Shown here in pieces: positions 13,201 through 26,500 of a DNA stretch of 64,000 nt. Origin of the DNA: Chara braunii (lineage: Eukaryota; Plantae; Charophyceae); the NCBI GenBank assembly GCA_003427395.1, contig BFEA01000004.1, forward strand, positions 2,229,738-2,293,737, written 5' to 3'. Position numbers and translations under genes: made by a program. How positions within the stretch are numbered: the first letter of the stretch is position 1; every line of letters begins with the position of its first letter. The notes beneath the pieces are model-generated. The model was not told where the DNA came from. It did no database searches and worked only from the letters and a program-made list of their open reading frames with translations.

Positions 13201-16200
13201 GATTCTGTACCCGAAAGAGACTGTGAAGGAGGCAAGAGTCCGTAGACAAGCACAGGAAAAGAGGCAAGGAGGGTCAATTCACGGGTTAGAGATAGCACGA
13301 GGGTGCCTGAGAGATGGACACTGTAATAGTGTCAACACAGGTAGTGAGACTGGGGCAGAATGGTCACCAAAGGAAACCTTATTTTTTGTACTTCATATCA
13401 AACTGAGGACGTAGGGGTAACCTCCGGGGTGTGAGCAGCAGAGGAGAACCCTGGGTGTGTTGTGTATCCAGCAGAGGAATCTGAGGGGTACTACAAATGA
13501 GCAAGAAGCGGCAAGATGATGATGTCAAGGGGGCAAGGAAGGGTGGACATGGATGATGGAGGGACTACTGCGGCGTATGTCAGAACCACTGAGAGGGGAA
13601 CATCAGATGTATAGGACGGGTGCATAGCAGGTAGACCCATCCCTTATGCAGCAAAAGCGCATGGTGAGTAGTGTTCTCGCTGCAGGTTTTTTTTTTGTTT
13701 TTTTTTTTTGGGGGGGGGGGGGNTGGTGAGTAGTGTTCTCGCTGCAGGTTTTTTTTTTTTTTTTTTTTTTTGGGGGGGGGGGGGCAAGGAGGGCAGGAGG
13801 GTGGGGGTATACGCGCACAGAGAAAGAGGGCAGCGGTGACTGTTTCCTCTCTTTTCTCCCTCATTGTTCTGCGCATATCTTTTCCTTGTCTATGGGCAAA
13901 GCTTAGGTTTTCTCTTTTCTTTTACAGACAGCTTAAACAGTCCATCCAGTCATTAATGCAGAAGTCCACTGGAACGAACGGTGAGAATGCTGGGACCGTA
14001 TACCTGAACACAAGCAATGCTGGTCCATCCCATGCCTCCATCTGCCCCTTGTAGTACTCGTAAAAGTCAATAACCTGCATAAACATATACAACATTAGGA
14101 ACACACTCACTCTCTCACGTGCATGTACATGCACACACACAAACACACACGTGTACAATACCAAACACACACATAGACACACACAAGAACTCAAGTCACC
14201 TTTCTGGGAAGGCCATCTGCACCTTGACCTCTCCTGCGTGTCTGTGCATGCTAACACACACTACCACACAAACTTGGGTAGGCATTTGATTGGAGATATT
14301 CATGAGTGAGGATGCCCAATTCCCCTGGTTTCCAGGTGAGTTCTTCTGGTCCCCCTCATCTTTTATTAGTTGGGGGGTTACCACAGAAGAGGGGTCCGAG
14401 AACGTCCTCTCTCCATCTTTCCTCTCCAGATCCTGATTAGCGTTGTCCAGTATGGAATGGGTTACGGGTTTTCTTCAGAACATGAGAGAGACGGTTAACG
14501 GGGGCCCAAATATTCGCCGTTTTCGTTGGCAATTGCGGTGCGAATTTCATCAAAATTTTTAAAAACAAAAAAAGGAAACACGTGTGGAACATGAACCTCT
14601 CATTCTTCTTCTTCTTCTTCTTCCTGTCTCAGTACTCCAAAGAGACTATTTTTAGTTCATGATCTGGAAGAGGCAGACATGCTGAGCAGTGATGGCGCCG
14701 GTGCAATCTTCCTGAGCCTATTCACTGTTAGGCATGTCCACGGTATTAGGTTGTACGTAATGACATAAGTAATGTGATGATCCACTTACGTTGGGTGCCG
14801 TGGTTCTTGTTTGGAAATTGGAATCAATAATTCCCAGTCCCCCCCCACCTTGATTGCTTGCTTAGGATCCAGGCTAGCTTTGTATACAAACATTTAAAAT
14901 TTCCCTTGTTTGGATCGCCTGACCGTAGATGCGCTCTTACCTTTCAAGTTTCTTGACGTTCAACTGGGAGTCAGTGCAGTCTGGCAGAGTCCAGATTGGA
15001 ACTATATACAGCTACATACCAAAGAATGCCGCGCACCACTGAGGGCCCAGAATATCCTACCCAGTTCGATTAACAGATTAGTGTTTATACTCTTTTCCTT
15101 TGTTTCAATCTATTGCCTTCTGAAGTTCTGATCTCTTTTCTTTGTTCCAATCTATTGCCTTCTCATTTCTTTAACTTGCAATATTCCTCATTTTTTTTCA
15201 CCTGATTGATTGTACCGGGATGATGGCATTTATCATTCCTCCCTGTGGAAGAATTCACTTTTGGTTGAGGGAAGGGAGGAACCTGGTCAGCGGGTAGTTC
15301 CGGTGCATGCATACCTCCGGGTACTGCTGTCGTAATGTCGGATTGTTCTGATAGGCCTCCGGAACCAAGATCATCAAAGTCTCTTCTGGTGTCTTTCCAC
15401 TTAGTAGAAGAACCTGTTCACATTCACAGTCACCATTCACATCAGATGTGGCTTCCTACAAGTCAATGGCCATCAAAACCATGAATCGCTCCTCCACAAA
15501 TACTTTCATCAGTGAGTTTTTTTTTTCAACAAATCAATTGGCTGATGGTTTTCATTCTCCATAGGAACGAAAGTAATCGCATATTCTTATGGGGAACACG
15601 AGGTAGGGAAGCCCCACAATTGCAGAGATAAAGCCAGGTCATCAAGGCTCAGAGCAGGCAAACTTCATCTCATCCAATTCCATTGGATTTCAAACTAATC
15701 CCGTAGCAGACTTCATCTAATCTTAGATGCATTCATTGGAATTGCAAACCGATCCCATTATTTCACATACAGCTATACTAGCCCGTGTGATGGCCAGTCT
15801 GGCACCCACATGTTTTTCTTTCATTCAGAGAACCCCACACCCAGAGGTGGGCTGGGAAAAAGGGAGTGCTGGCTTTAAAAGGAAAACGTGCCTTGAGACG
15901 ATCAACAATAAAGGAAAACGTGCCTTGAGACGATCATCCCATCAACTGGGGTTGTAACTCAGTTGAATCATTCATGAATCAATCAACGGCAGCAGGTGTG
16001 CACCATTGAGCCAACTGCCAGCAACTCTATTGAATTCAATCTCCACACACACAAGTATCAATTTAGTCCAGGTTGCATATGAAGTAGCCAATTTTAAACC
16101 TAAGATTTTGAGATGGGCATGTATAACCAATGTGGTTCAGAAATCCCATCCATGGTTCAATCGTCGATGCTGCAGACGTATGCAAATCATGGGCCTCGCT

Positions 16201-17477
16201 CCATTACTCACTACATGCACAAAAGATGAAAATTGTGGCGGTGCATTTTCCCATGTTCTAGCGGGAGATTCATTCTCATTTTGCGCATTTGGTGAGTAGT
16301 GGAGAGAGGCCCCATGTATGAACATCACATTCATCCCTTATGCATGGAGAAATGGTCTAGAAAAAATTGAACTAACAATGTGATAAGCCGAATGCGAGAA
16401 AACAACAAATAAAATGACAATGCGCCTGACGACGACAAAACGACAGCGCGCCCAACCAAAGCGATGCGGGCTTGCTATCCAATGGCTCGCGTTGCGAGAT
16501 ATTCGACATCATCAGCGCTCCTAGCGCACCACCTGGACAGCTGCCGTCCCCGCGCTCACCCTCGAAAGGCTCGCCATCTACGTGCTTACCCTCCGGCGAA
16601 CACCATCTTTCTTATTATGTATGGTGTGCGTTAATTGAAATCGAATAGAAATGGGGGCATAGTTTCTTTAAATAAACAGGCCTCTGGAGGACTACAGCAA
16701 TAGATCGCTGTAGTCTGCTTGCTCTGGCCACAGACCTTTCTCTCAGGCATAATTTAATTGATTTCCAAAGGGTATGAAGTCGGTAGATGCCGAAGCAACC
16801 AATGGCTGTTTAGTTAGTCTCACCCGAGTGACCGCCCACGGATTCGTACTGCTCAAGTATGCGATGTGCTTTTTAAGTCCATCAATTTAGGCTCCTTCCC
16901 ATCTGCTGACTGTGTACACAACCAGACCAGTGCTGCGCTGCGCGCCTATTCCTAGGCCGCCGATCGACCCGATCACACCGCTGCAACACATTTTCGCACC
17001 CCACCCCCGCCGCGGAGCGTGCCATGGACCTCCCCCAAAGCGGTCCACTGGTTTGGCTTCATACAGCCACACGTTTCTTTTCTATATCCCGCAGTTGGAC
17101 AAAAGTCTCAGGTGGTGGTCGTTTAAATCAGCTCAATCATGACCAACACAGACACACGTACACCTGTCTGCCAGGTGTATACTTTCTTGAGCCCCCATGT
17201 ACGATGGACATTCCAGGAGTCACCCTTCTTCTCAGCAGGGGACAAATTACAAACAATTTCTTACATCAAATGAGCAAAATATCAAAACTAGGCCATTGCC
17301 GCAGGCATAAAAAAGCATGTGGGAAACGACCGCTGCTTGCGAAGGGTTTTGCTACTGACTACAGCAAAAGAACAAACTAGAAGCACTGATGGCAGCTTAT
17401 GTTGCCATTTACCGCAGAGCACATCGTGCAAACAGAAGTCCAGACAACAATATCAATTCCGACCGAGACACACACAG

Positions 17478-17558
<81 letters not shown>

Positions 17559-20500
17559 TGCAACCACATTGACTTCACCTCTGCTGCGCTATCAAGATTT
17601 GCAGAATCCGAATTGCTTGCATTTCCAATTGGCCGAAACTCATCTTCTCGACCTTTCCAATCTGGATGTGTCATCACACTTTCTCGTGACCTCATCCAAT
17701 TCAGATTTCCCTGAGCACACAAGCAAAGCACAGTCCCATACCACACAGGAAGCCTCTTTTAAGAAAACTGGACCAGAGACCCCTCACCAAACATCCAAAA
17801 ACACCATAACTAAGGGAACAAGAGCAAATACAAAGCAAAAAGCAGTGCCCACCACAGCGTCACTACCGTAAAAATAAGGTTGGGAAACTCGTGGAGCAGC
17901 TTGCAAGTTTGCAGAATAAAATAGTGTGTACGAACAGCCTCTCATGATGGGACAGCTGAGAAACCAGTGCCATCAAGAACTGGTACAGGACCTAGCCCAT
18001 GTAGCTGAATGCTGCACACATGTAACTGTTGTTCAACAGGTCAGGAGCTCAAATGTTGAATAGTAAGGTGAACACAACAATGTTCGGGGGCAGACCCTTA
18101 TAGTCTGATATGCCCTTGAAAAAAAGAGGAAAATTTCAAAAATAGTTTAAAATACAAAGAACTGGAGGTTATGGAGTCATATAGACTCGAGACTCAAGAG
18201 TCGAACAGAATGAATGTCCCATTTACCATTTGAGAATACCAGAACAGACCATTCACCAATGGCAAAACAGCCCTTCTGTTTTCCCAATTCATTCGGACTC
18301 CTCTCCTGTATCTCATTTCCAACTTTCCACGTCCTCCAGTGTGTGCACGCACATTTTTAAAAAATCAGAGCAGTTCACAAACAGGAACACATCATTACAA
18401 TTATAACAATCCCTATTTCATAGCACATGACCAGCAGCCGATCTGGGGCCTTCGTTTCCTTGGCGCGCGATGGTCCAGATTGGATGCGTTTTCAATGTCA
18501 TCAACTCACGATCTGCACTGTTGTTGGCGTTGTACCACATGGCCCTTGCGGGCGGAGCCGCAACAGGTAAGCTAGTGGACTATACAAACCGCTCACGAAA
18601 AAGGGAAGGAAGAAACTATCAGAACTGATCCCTGAAGGGAAGGATCGAAGGAAGGAAGAGGCAGCGCAGAGCAAGCTAACAAAGCAAGCTAACTACATAG
18701 CGAAACCCCTTCGGCAGCCCCCATTTCCCTCTCGCCGTTCGTAACCCATCTTGACACTCCCCCTCTACCTGCCATGTCAATTTCCATGGAAACACCTTGC
18801 AACCCCTCATCAAACCTTCCGATCCTCTCCCCATTGGCATGATCGCCTGGTGGCACGGCACTGGTGCAACCCTCCTCGACAACCGACTATCCCACTACCT
18901 TGGACGGGTGATGTATTTTAAACCCCCTCAACACTCCGCATTACCACACCTGACATGGATGATGGATAGCATCATGGAACAAGAAGGCACACACTCAACA
19001 TTTACCTCTCCCACCCCAAAATCCATCCCATGGATAGCATCTTCTCACCGCCTCGACTTTCCCCCTAACCCTGCCTTGACCTGGACAGAATCTGGAAGCC
19101 TTCATCAACACTTCCATTCCTTCACCTGCTGCATTTTATGGCAAGATGCATCACCCCGTAAACAACCGCCACCCCACCCAGCTACCCCCAACCAGGTGGC
19201 ACTCAGCACAGGGCAATGGAAAAGCTCGGTCTGCCAGACCAAAAAGGCTGGGAGTGCCCAGTTGGCCCTTACCCCCTGAGAGTTGGTTGAACACTCCCTT
19301 GGCCACTCCCTCGCATGGATAGCCTCTTTTGGTCCCCTGACAGCTCTGTAATCCAGGGGCAGGCAAAATTGAGCATAGGGAAAAAAAGACTTACGTATCA
19401 CTTGTTTAACACTGCCTTGTCTCTCCCTTGCATGAGTAGCATCTCTTGACCCACCCTCAACGTACCAACATTTCCCCCCACCCTCCCCCTCCACCTCTCT
19501 TGCAAGGAGGCCATCTTACCAACACCCCACCCCCAACCCTACCTCCACGATTTGGATTAGCATCTTCCAATACCCCTAGACGCTCCTCCCCTCCTCCCCT
19601 CTCTCCCCCACAGCTAAACCCCGCCCTGCATAGGTAGAGTTAGTGTGTTACAGCCCCCTCTACACACTACTACTCTTGTGTAGATGAAAAGCCTTGCAAC
19701 TGCTTCAGCGCTCACCCTTCTCACCACTCTATCATGCATAACATTCTACAAGCCGCCTTGAACGGATAGCATCAACCCGCATCAACATTTTCAACATTTC
19801 CCCTTTCCTTTTTTATACGGACAGCATCTCGCACCCTCCCTCAGCAGTGCCTTGTTCCTTCTCCACCATCAGACGGGTTGCATCTCGCACGGTTTTTTCT
19901 CCACAATGCAGCCCACACCAGACCTTGACACCGCCTCCTGTGTGGATAGCACCCTGGGTCCCCCTCAACAATCTCCCTGACCCCCTGAAACACTATTACC
20001 CTTCCGCACGTTTTTTTCTCCACAATGCCCACACCAGACCTTGACACCGCCTCCTGTGTGGATAGCATCCTGGGTCCCCCTCAACAATCTCCCTGACCCC
20101 CTGCTGCATACATAACGCATTACAGTCATCCCTTAACATTCCGTTCCCGTGTCCGTTGCATGCATGAATGACCCCTTGCTACCAACCCTCAGCACTCGCC
20201 CCCCAGCCACCCCTTGCATCAATTGCACCTCAGGACCCCCTGGGCAGTTCCCCGTCCCTTCTCATTGTGCAAGGCATATATGTACTCCCTCGACGCTCCT
20301 ACCCTCCCGCCCAATCCATGGATGTTACTATCCCGTAGCCTCGTTACCCTCCTCAACACCTTCTCTCTGCCCTTGATCTCTCTCCCCACCCTCCTCCCCT
20401 TTTCGTTGTGGATACCATCTTGCAACCCCTCAACACTACCATTACATTGCTTGCAATTCGTTGCACAGTGCACATTGAATTGTGACCTGCAGCATGCTCT

Positions 20501-23500
20501 TTCGACCACATGTGTATCGTTTGTGCATCATTGACTGCAAGCCAACCGTTGATAGGAAGCTCGGCATGCAACCTCTCATGAAAACCAACAGGATCCACAT
20601 CCACCTGACATTCATCTCCACCAGCTCCTGCAAGGCTGCAGCTAGTTAACTCCTCGGCTCAGCAGTGTGACCCCTTCTAGTTTGTTCTGGGAAATGGTCA
20701 GGCTGCCTTCAGTCCTCGATGCCTTAAGTTGCTGCCCTTGATTGCACTTCCACTGCCTTTGGTATCCCAGTGTCCGCGCCTTCACTTCCCTACATTACAT
20801 TTTATACTCACTTGCCTTTTTCTTTTTCTTCCCTCGCTTCCACCAATGGCTGTTCCATGTTCCCTTTACGAAAAAATTGAGGGCTGCTTGCCGATGGCTC
20901 TTCCATGTTCACGTCTGAAAACTCGATCTCTGGCTGATTTGTTAGACTGCCCTTCCTCGATACAGTTCACCTGCCCGTCTATCCACCCGGATAGCCTGGC
21001 ACTCACGTACCATCCTAACAGGCTGATCGTTATCAGTCCTCTTGCTCTTTTTTAAAAAGGCGATGGCCTTGAGATATCCTCGTGGATCTGACCGGCCCCA
21101 GGTAATTCAGAATTATTTATTTCTGTGCATCTGACTGGAGCTGGATTCGAGCTTGGGTCTGTATTGAACAGTTCATGTGGTGTACCAACTGAGCTAGGCC
21201 TGTTGGTTACTCTTGCTATTTGTCTTCACTGTTAGTTTCCTTGGGTTGAATTATGGCAGGGACCTTAAGGCACCCAGCAAGAGAGGACGGCAAGCATGCT
21301 CTTTCCTCTTCAGCACCCCACAACAGCCACCATTGTCCTGAGGCACTTTTGCCCTTCCTCACTGTCCTGACATATCATCGTTGAGCTGACCGGCCCCAGG
21401 TAATTCAGAATTATTTCAGTCTGTTCATCTGACTGGAGCTGGATTCGGGCTTGGGTCTGTATTGGTGTACCAACTGAGCTAGGCCCGTTGGTTACTCTTG
21501 CTATTTTTCTTCACTGTGAGTTTCGTGGGTCGAATCATGGCAGGGACCTTAAGGCACCCAGCAAGCAAGGACGGCAAGCATGCTCTTTCCTCTTCGGCAC
21601 CCCACAATAGCCCCCACTGTCCTGAGGCACTTTTGCCTCTCTCTTCAAAGCATGCATGTATGCAGTGGTGCCGGTCTGCACAGAAGCACCAGTACTCCTG
21701 CAATTTCCTTTTTTATCTGGAGATCATTGGCATCTCCTTTTTTGGATTTCATTGGCACCTCTTTATTTGGATTTCGGGTTTTTTCTGTACGATTTTGTAC
21801 TTTTTGTTCCTTTTCCTCCTCTGCTGTCGAGTTGAAAATTGACACCATCACGGCACCGTCATTTAGATCCTCGGCCGGAAGGTCATCCGGATGTCCATTG
21901 TGTTTTAAAAGAAATTGCTGCTTTTTCCAGAGGCAGCTTGGGGCTACCGGACCACGATGGCTGGCGGCCCCAGCCAAAAAAAGAAAAGACATGCACCGCT
22001 GGCAGTTCGGCAAAGCTTGGCGTGCACTGCAAGTCTGGCAGGCTTGTGTATTCTGGTGGTTTTAAGAATGCAGACTCAGTAGCAGGCAACCCAGCCCATA
22101 TTCGCACAGTAAACATCTAGGAGATCACTTTCAAGAGCGCCTTTGAATCGCTGAGAGCAAGAGACTGAAAATACTGGCACATGCAATTCACCAGATTGTT
22201 AATGCCCACATGGTATTTATTCGTCTTTGCCATCCAAATATCCATTAAAAGTTGTCATGAGCATAGAGGCTCTTTTCCCCTTTTTTTTACGTACTTGCAA
22301 AGTGTTGATCTCTCCATTATGCCCCAAGAAACGCATCGGCTGTGCAAGCGGCCACTTTGGATTTGTATTCGTGCTGAAGCGACGATGGTAGATTGCGAAC
22401 GACGAGGCGTAAAGATCATTCTTTAGATCCTGGTAGAACTCGCCAAGAGCAGCCGCCATCAGCATTCCCTTATATACAATCGTTTGACTGGAGAGGCCAC
22501 AGAAATACAGTTCACTCCCCCACTCCTCTTCCTTTGCCGCCTTCTCGATCTTCTTCCTTGCAATGAACAACTCCCTCTCGATATCTCCAACATTGTCCCA
22601 TCCTGCCATCTTCACAAAGACCTGCTCATCATCACCACGAAACCTTAAGAGGGGCCATCAGAACTTGAATTTAATCATCCACATTTCCACAACTGTATCA
22701 CTACTATTCATCACCGTTTCATGAGACACCATTCTCTGGCACTGCTCTGTTTTGTTTTGACTTCATAACTGAGCATCTCAGGTGTGTTTCATCTTGTACC
22801 GTCCTGTTCGAACTGACCAATCAGGGTGTGGGAAACTATCCAGATTTTTCAATGAAGCACTGCCACCTAAGCAGCTTCTGATCCAATGCAACTTGGTAGT
22901 CTTGTAGAAGCATACAAACGGGTCTCCTGGACGCATGCTAAATGATTTAAATAAAAATAAAAATGGATGCGTAAGTCAGATTATGCATCCACTTAGACAC
23001 CCCAAACTCTAGGTCAACTCTCTTTTTGAAAAGAGAACTTTAGGTGGAAAGGGGGTGAAGGGGTGAGGGGGTGCATCTGACTTAGACACCCCAAACTCTA
23101 GGTCAACTCTCTTTTTGAAAAGAGAACTTTAGGTGGAAAGGGGGTGAAGGGGTGAAGGGGTGAGGGGTGAGGGGTGGGAACAGGGGAAGAAATTATTTTG
23201 ATTTCACCCAGTCCAAACAACAAACTTTTCAAGCATCAAATGTAAGACCCCCAGAGAACAAAAGACCCAAATCTATCCAATATTCCCTGCAAAACATAAC
23301 CCCATGTCAAAATACCTGACAATAGTGATCACTACTGATCAACAAATTCAGTAATATGTCTGAGGCGGAAGGATTGGATGATGCAGAAAAGCCGACGCAC
23401 ATGCAGCACGACCATCAATAACATAATGCAATGATAGCAGCATCAGCGCACAGAGAGAAGCTAGAGACACAGAGAGAAGCTAGAGACCTCATCATGCAAA

Positions 23501-26500
23501 CCAACTTAAGCTTATCAACACAACGGATGACTGACAACCTGTGAAGTACTGCAGGAATGATAGGGCGCCATGCAAGGTTTCCTACATCCTTTTTTTTTTT
23601 TCTTTCCCTGGCCCCATATGCCCTGAATCACCTACCACAGGCTACCAATATTTTGTCAGCAGTCATGCTCCAACAGATGAGCCACACTCGAGGACAGCAC
23701 AAAAGAAAGATCATCGGGGAAAAGAAAGGAAAACGAAAAAAAGAAGAAAAGAAAGGAGAATCAATCCGTCAAGGCTGCATCAGTGAGTTTGGTGCGAGGG
23801 TCTACTGCCACCTCTTCATCCAAGTCATTTACTTGTTGGGCCCTAAGTTTGGTCAGTTTTGGCACCAAGTGATATTTTTTGGCTTACCCGACTTTGGTAC
23901 CAAGCCACAATGCTTGCTCAACTGTGGCACAAAGCCCGATGAACCCACTTCCCCATAGCAGGCTGTTTGGTCAGAGTTCCCAACTACTTTCACGAACTTT
24001 ACAGCATGTTGCTTCACTTTTCTCTGAAGTCCTAAAACCTGGCAATTCGCTGTGCCGAGCAATTGGTTCATCAACTCTCTCTTTCTCTCTCTCTCGCGCG
24101 CGTGCGCGCGCCTTAACGTTGTTCTGTCTTCTCCTCACCCTCACACATCCAGGTCAACTCTTAGAAAAAAGCCACATGCACCAAATGGAACCACAACTTG
24201 GATGAATGGGTTCTCGAGGCACTACTTGATGCAATCTACACACCTGTCGAATGGTCGGCAGTGTGGCCTTGGCAAAAATACCGCAAACAGATTCTGTCAC
24301 TGGGACCTCTCTCCACCCTAGAAGCTCAATACCCTCTGCTTCCAGAACTCTTTTCACCACTGCAATAGACACACCACGCATTGTTGTGGACATATAAGAA
24401 GCACAGCAGCTGACCCGCAATCAGGACACACAATACATAACAAGAAGCGAGAGTGTGCAAGAGAAGCAGACGTTCGACTCTCACGCACACAAACTCAACA
24501 CAAGACTCAAAGCATCTGAGAGTGACAAGCACAGAGGAAAAATAACAACAGACTAAATACTAAACTCAGCACACGAAGAATCCAGCAGCGCAGTGAATTG
24601 CCTTCAAACTGAGAACAGAATGAATAAGCAACAAGCCCTGGCGCAGGAGCAGCTTCCACAACTTTCCGGTTACAATCTCGTTCACTTCCTGCCGTCTGGC
24701 CTCTGCATGAACTCCCCCAAGTTCCGCGTAGACACCCCCTTCAAGACGTCACATCCTTCAGACATGCACTGTTTTGGGGGTTGGCCTGCTTTCGCTCGAG
24801 GGCTACAATTGACAAACTCCTCTGGCTGGCTGGGAAATGCGACCACGACTATCGGCTGCTGGCTTGTTTTCTACTCTATGGCGATCTGCCTCTCTCAGAT
24901 GGTTGGCCTCTCTGTTGCATACTTTTCCTTCGCTCTCTAACAAAGCCGGGTGCTGAGTACGGGCTTTGCTATTTCGTTTGAACTTCTTTCGGGATAGGCA
25001 GAGATTTTATGGTCGCCTCCTGATTAAGCAGAGCACGCTACACCTAGTTTCAATATCAACTGTCTAGGTTCGGCTATATGGCTGTTTGTTGGGTCATATT
25101 CTCCTACAGCCTGGACAGTTGTCCCCCGGGGGTCCCCCAGGGCATGCTTTTCAGCAGGACGTCGCACATTCGCATATATTTGGTGCCTTGTTCGTTTTCA
25201 CAAGGATGATCCTGGTCAGTTAATCCCCGGGTCTCCGGGCGATCAACGCTGCCAGGACAAAATGAGATGTTGGTGTTGTCAATTCTCATGCTACGCTTGC
25301 AGTGGTTGTATGTGGGATGCTGTGCAGGTGGCACATTTCTTATTTAAAAAATAAATTAAAAAAGGAAGAAGAATGAATCAATAGTTCGGACCTGGACGCT
25401 CTCGCCCTAAAAGAGCTAAAAAAGAAAGCAACAGCCTATCTGTCCGTCGCAGACCCCTCCAAACAGAGATTCATCACCAAGGTAGCCTGGAAACACGTGA
25501 CCCATAAAAAGCACCAGGGAATTCTTGGAATTTTGGACCCATCGACGCAGGCCCTCCAGACAAAATGGGTTTCGAAACGAATCCTGACCTAGGCAAACTT
25601 TGGGTCATGGGATGGGCCCCATCGACCCAGACAAAGGACCCATCGACCTAGGCAAACTTTTGGCCATGGGATGGGACCACAACCCCGTGTCTGAAGCACC
25701 CTCCACTGCATCAACTGGTGACCTCTGGGAGTCCCAGCAGTGACCACAAACAAAGAGCAGCAGAGATCCCAGCAAAATCCCCTACCCCATGGCTCCAGGA
25801 GGGATCTGGGTTCCCTCCAACGCCCAGTGCTAGTCTGTCCTAGATGAAGCACGGGGCCAGGGACCCAGGATAGAGCCGAAGGCACAGTGAAGCACCACGA
25901 ATGCCTGGCTTACGGAAGATAGCGCTACCGCATCTAACGAGGTCACGCTGCACTCTAGCAGTGGTAATAGAGAGTACTCGTCCACTGGCATCCATTCTAG
26001 ATGAGAGGAATAGGGGGGTGATAGAATTCATGTAGAAGGTGGTGACAGCATGGTTCCCGCCGGAGTATTATCTGGGCGAGAGAGTGGAATCATCCATTTG
26101 ATCTATTGATTTACTATGATTATGATCTGCACTCGAGTTCTTTTTTATTCAATTATTTAACAGAGGAACAAAGCTGATTTTTGCAGTTGTTATGCTTTGT
26201 TGAGCCTTTTTCATCATTCTCTCCTTTCATTAATCTCTTCTCTCTGCATCAATGTGATGCTGGCTCCTCTTGAGAATTTGCTGGGAGAGAGAATCAATGC
26301 ATTCTTGCATTCTATTGATCGTAATGATTTCGTAAAGCTCCCACATTAGCTTTTTCTCAACCTCTGAATGATGATGATGATGAAATCAGATGAATGAATG
26401 AGAGGCGGAGGAGCTGCTGCTATGCTCTGTACCGCTTTCTTCTGATCTCTCTTTTAATGTCCTTTTGTTCTGCCTCAAGGTGATGCTACGCCAACTTCCG

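Noticed and set aside
13660-13785. Direct duplication with T/G homopolymers
   Set aside because: It straddles an N and is likely an assembly-join artefact; the same applies at 44335-44560.
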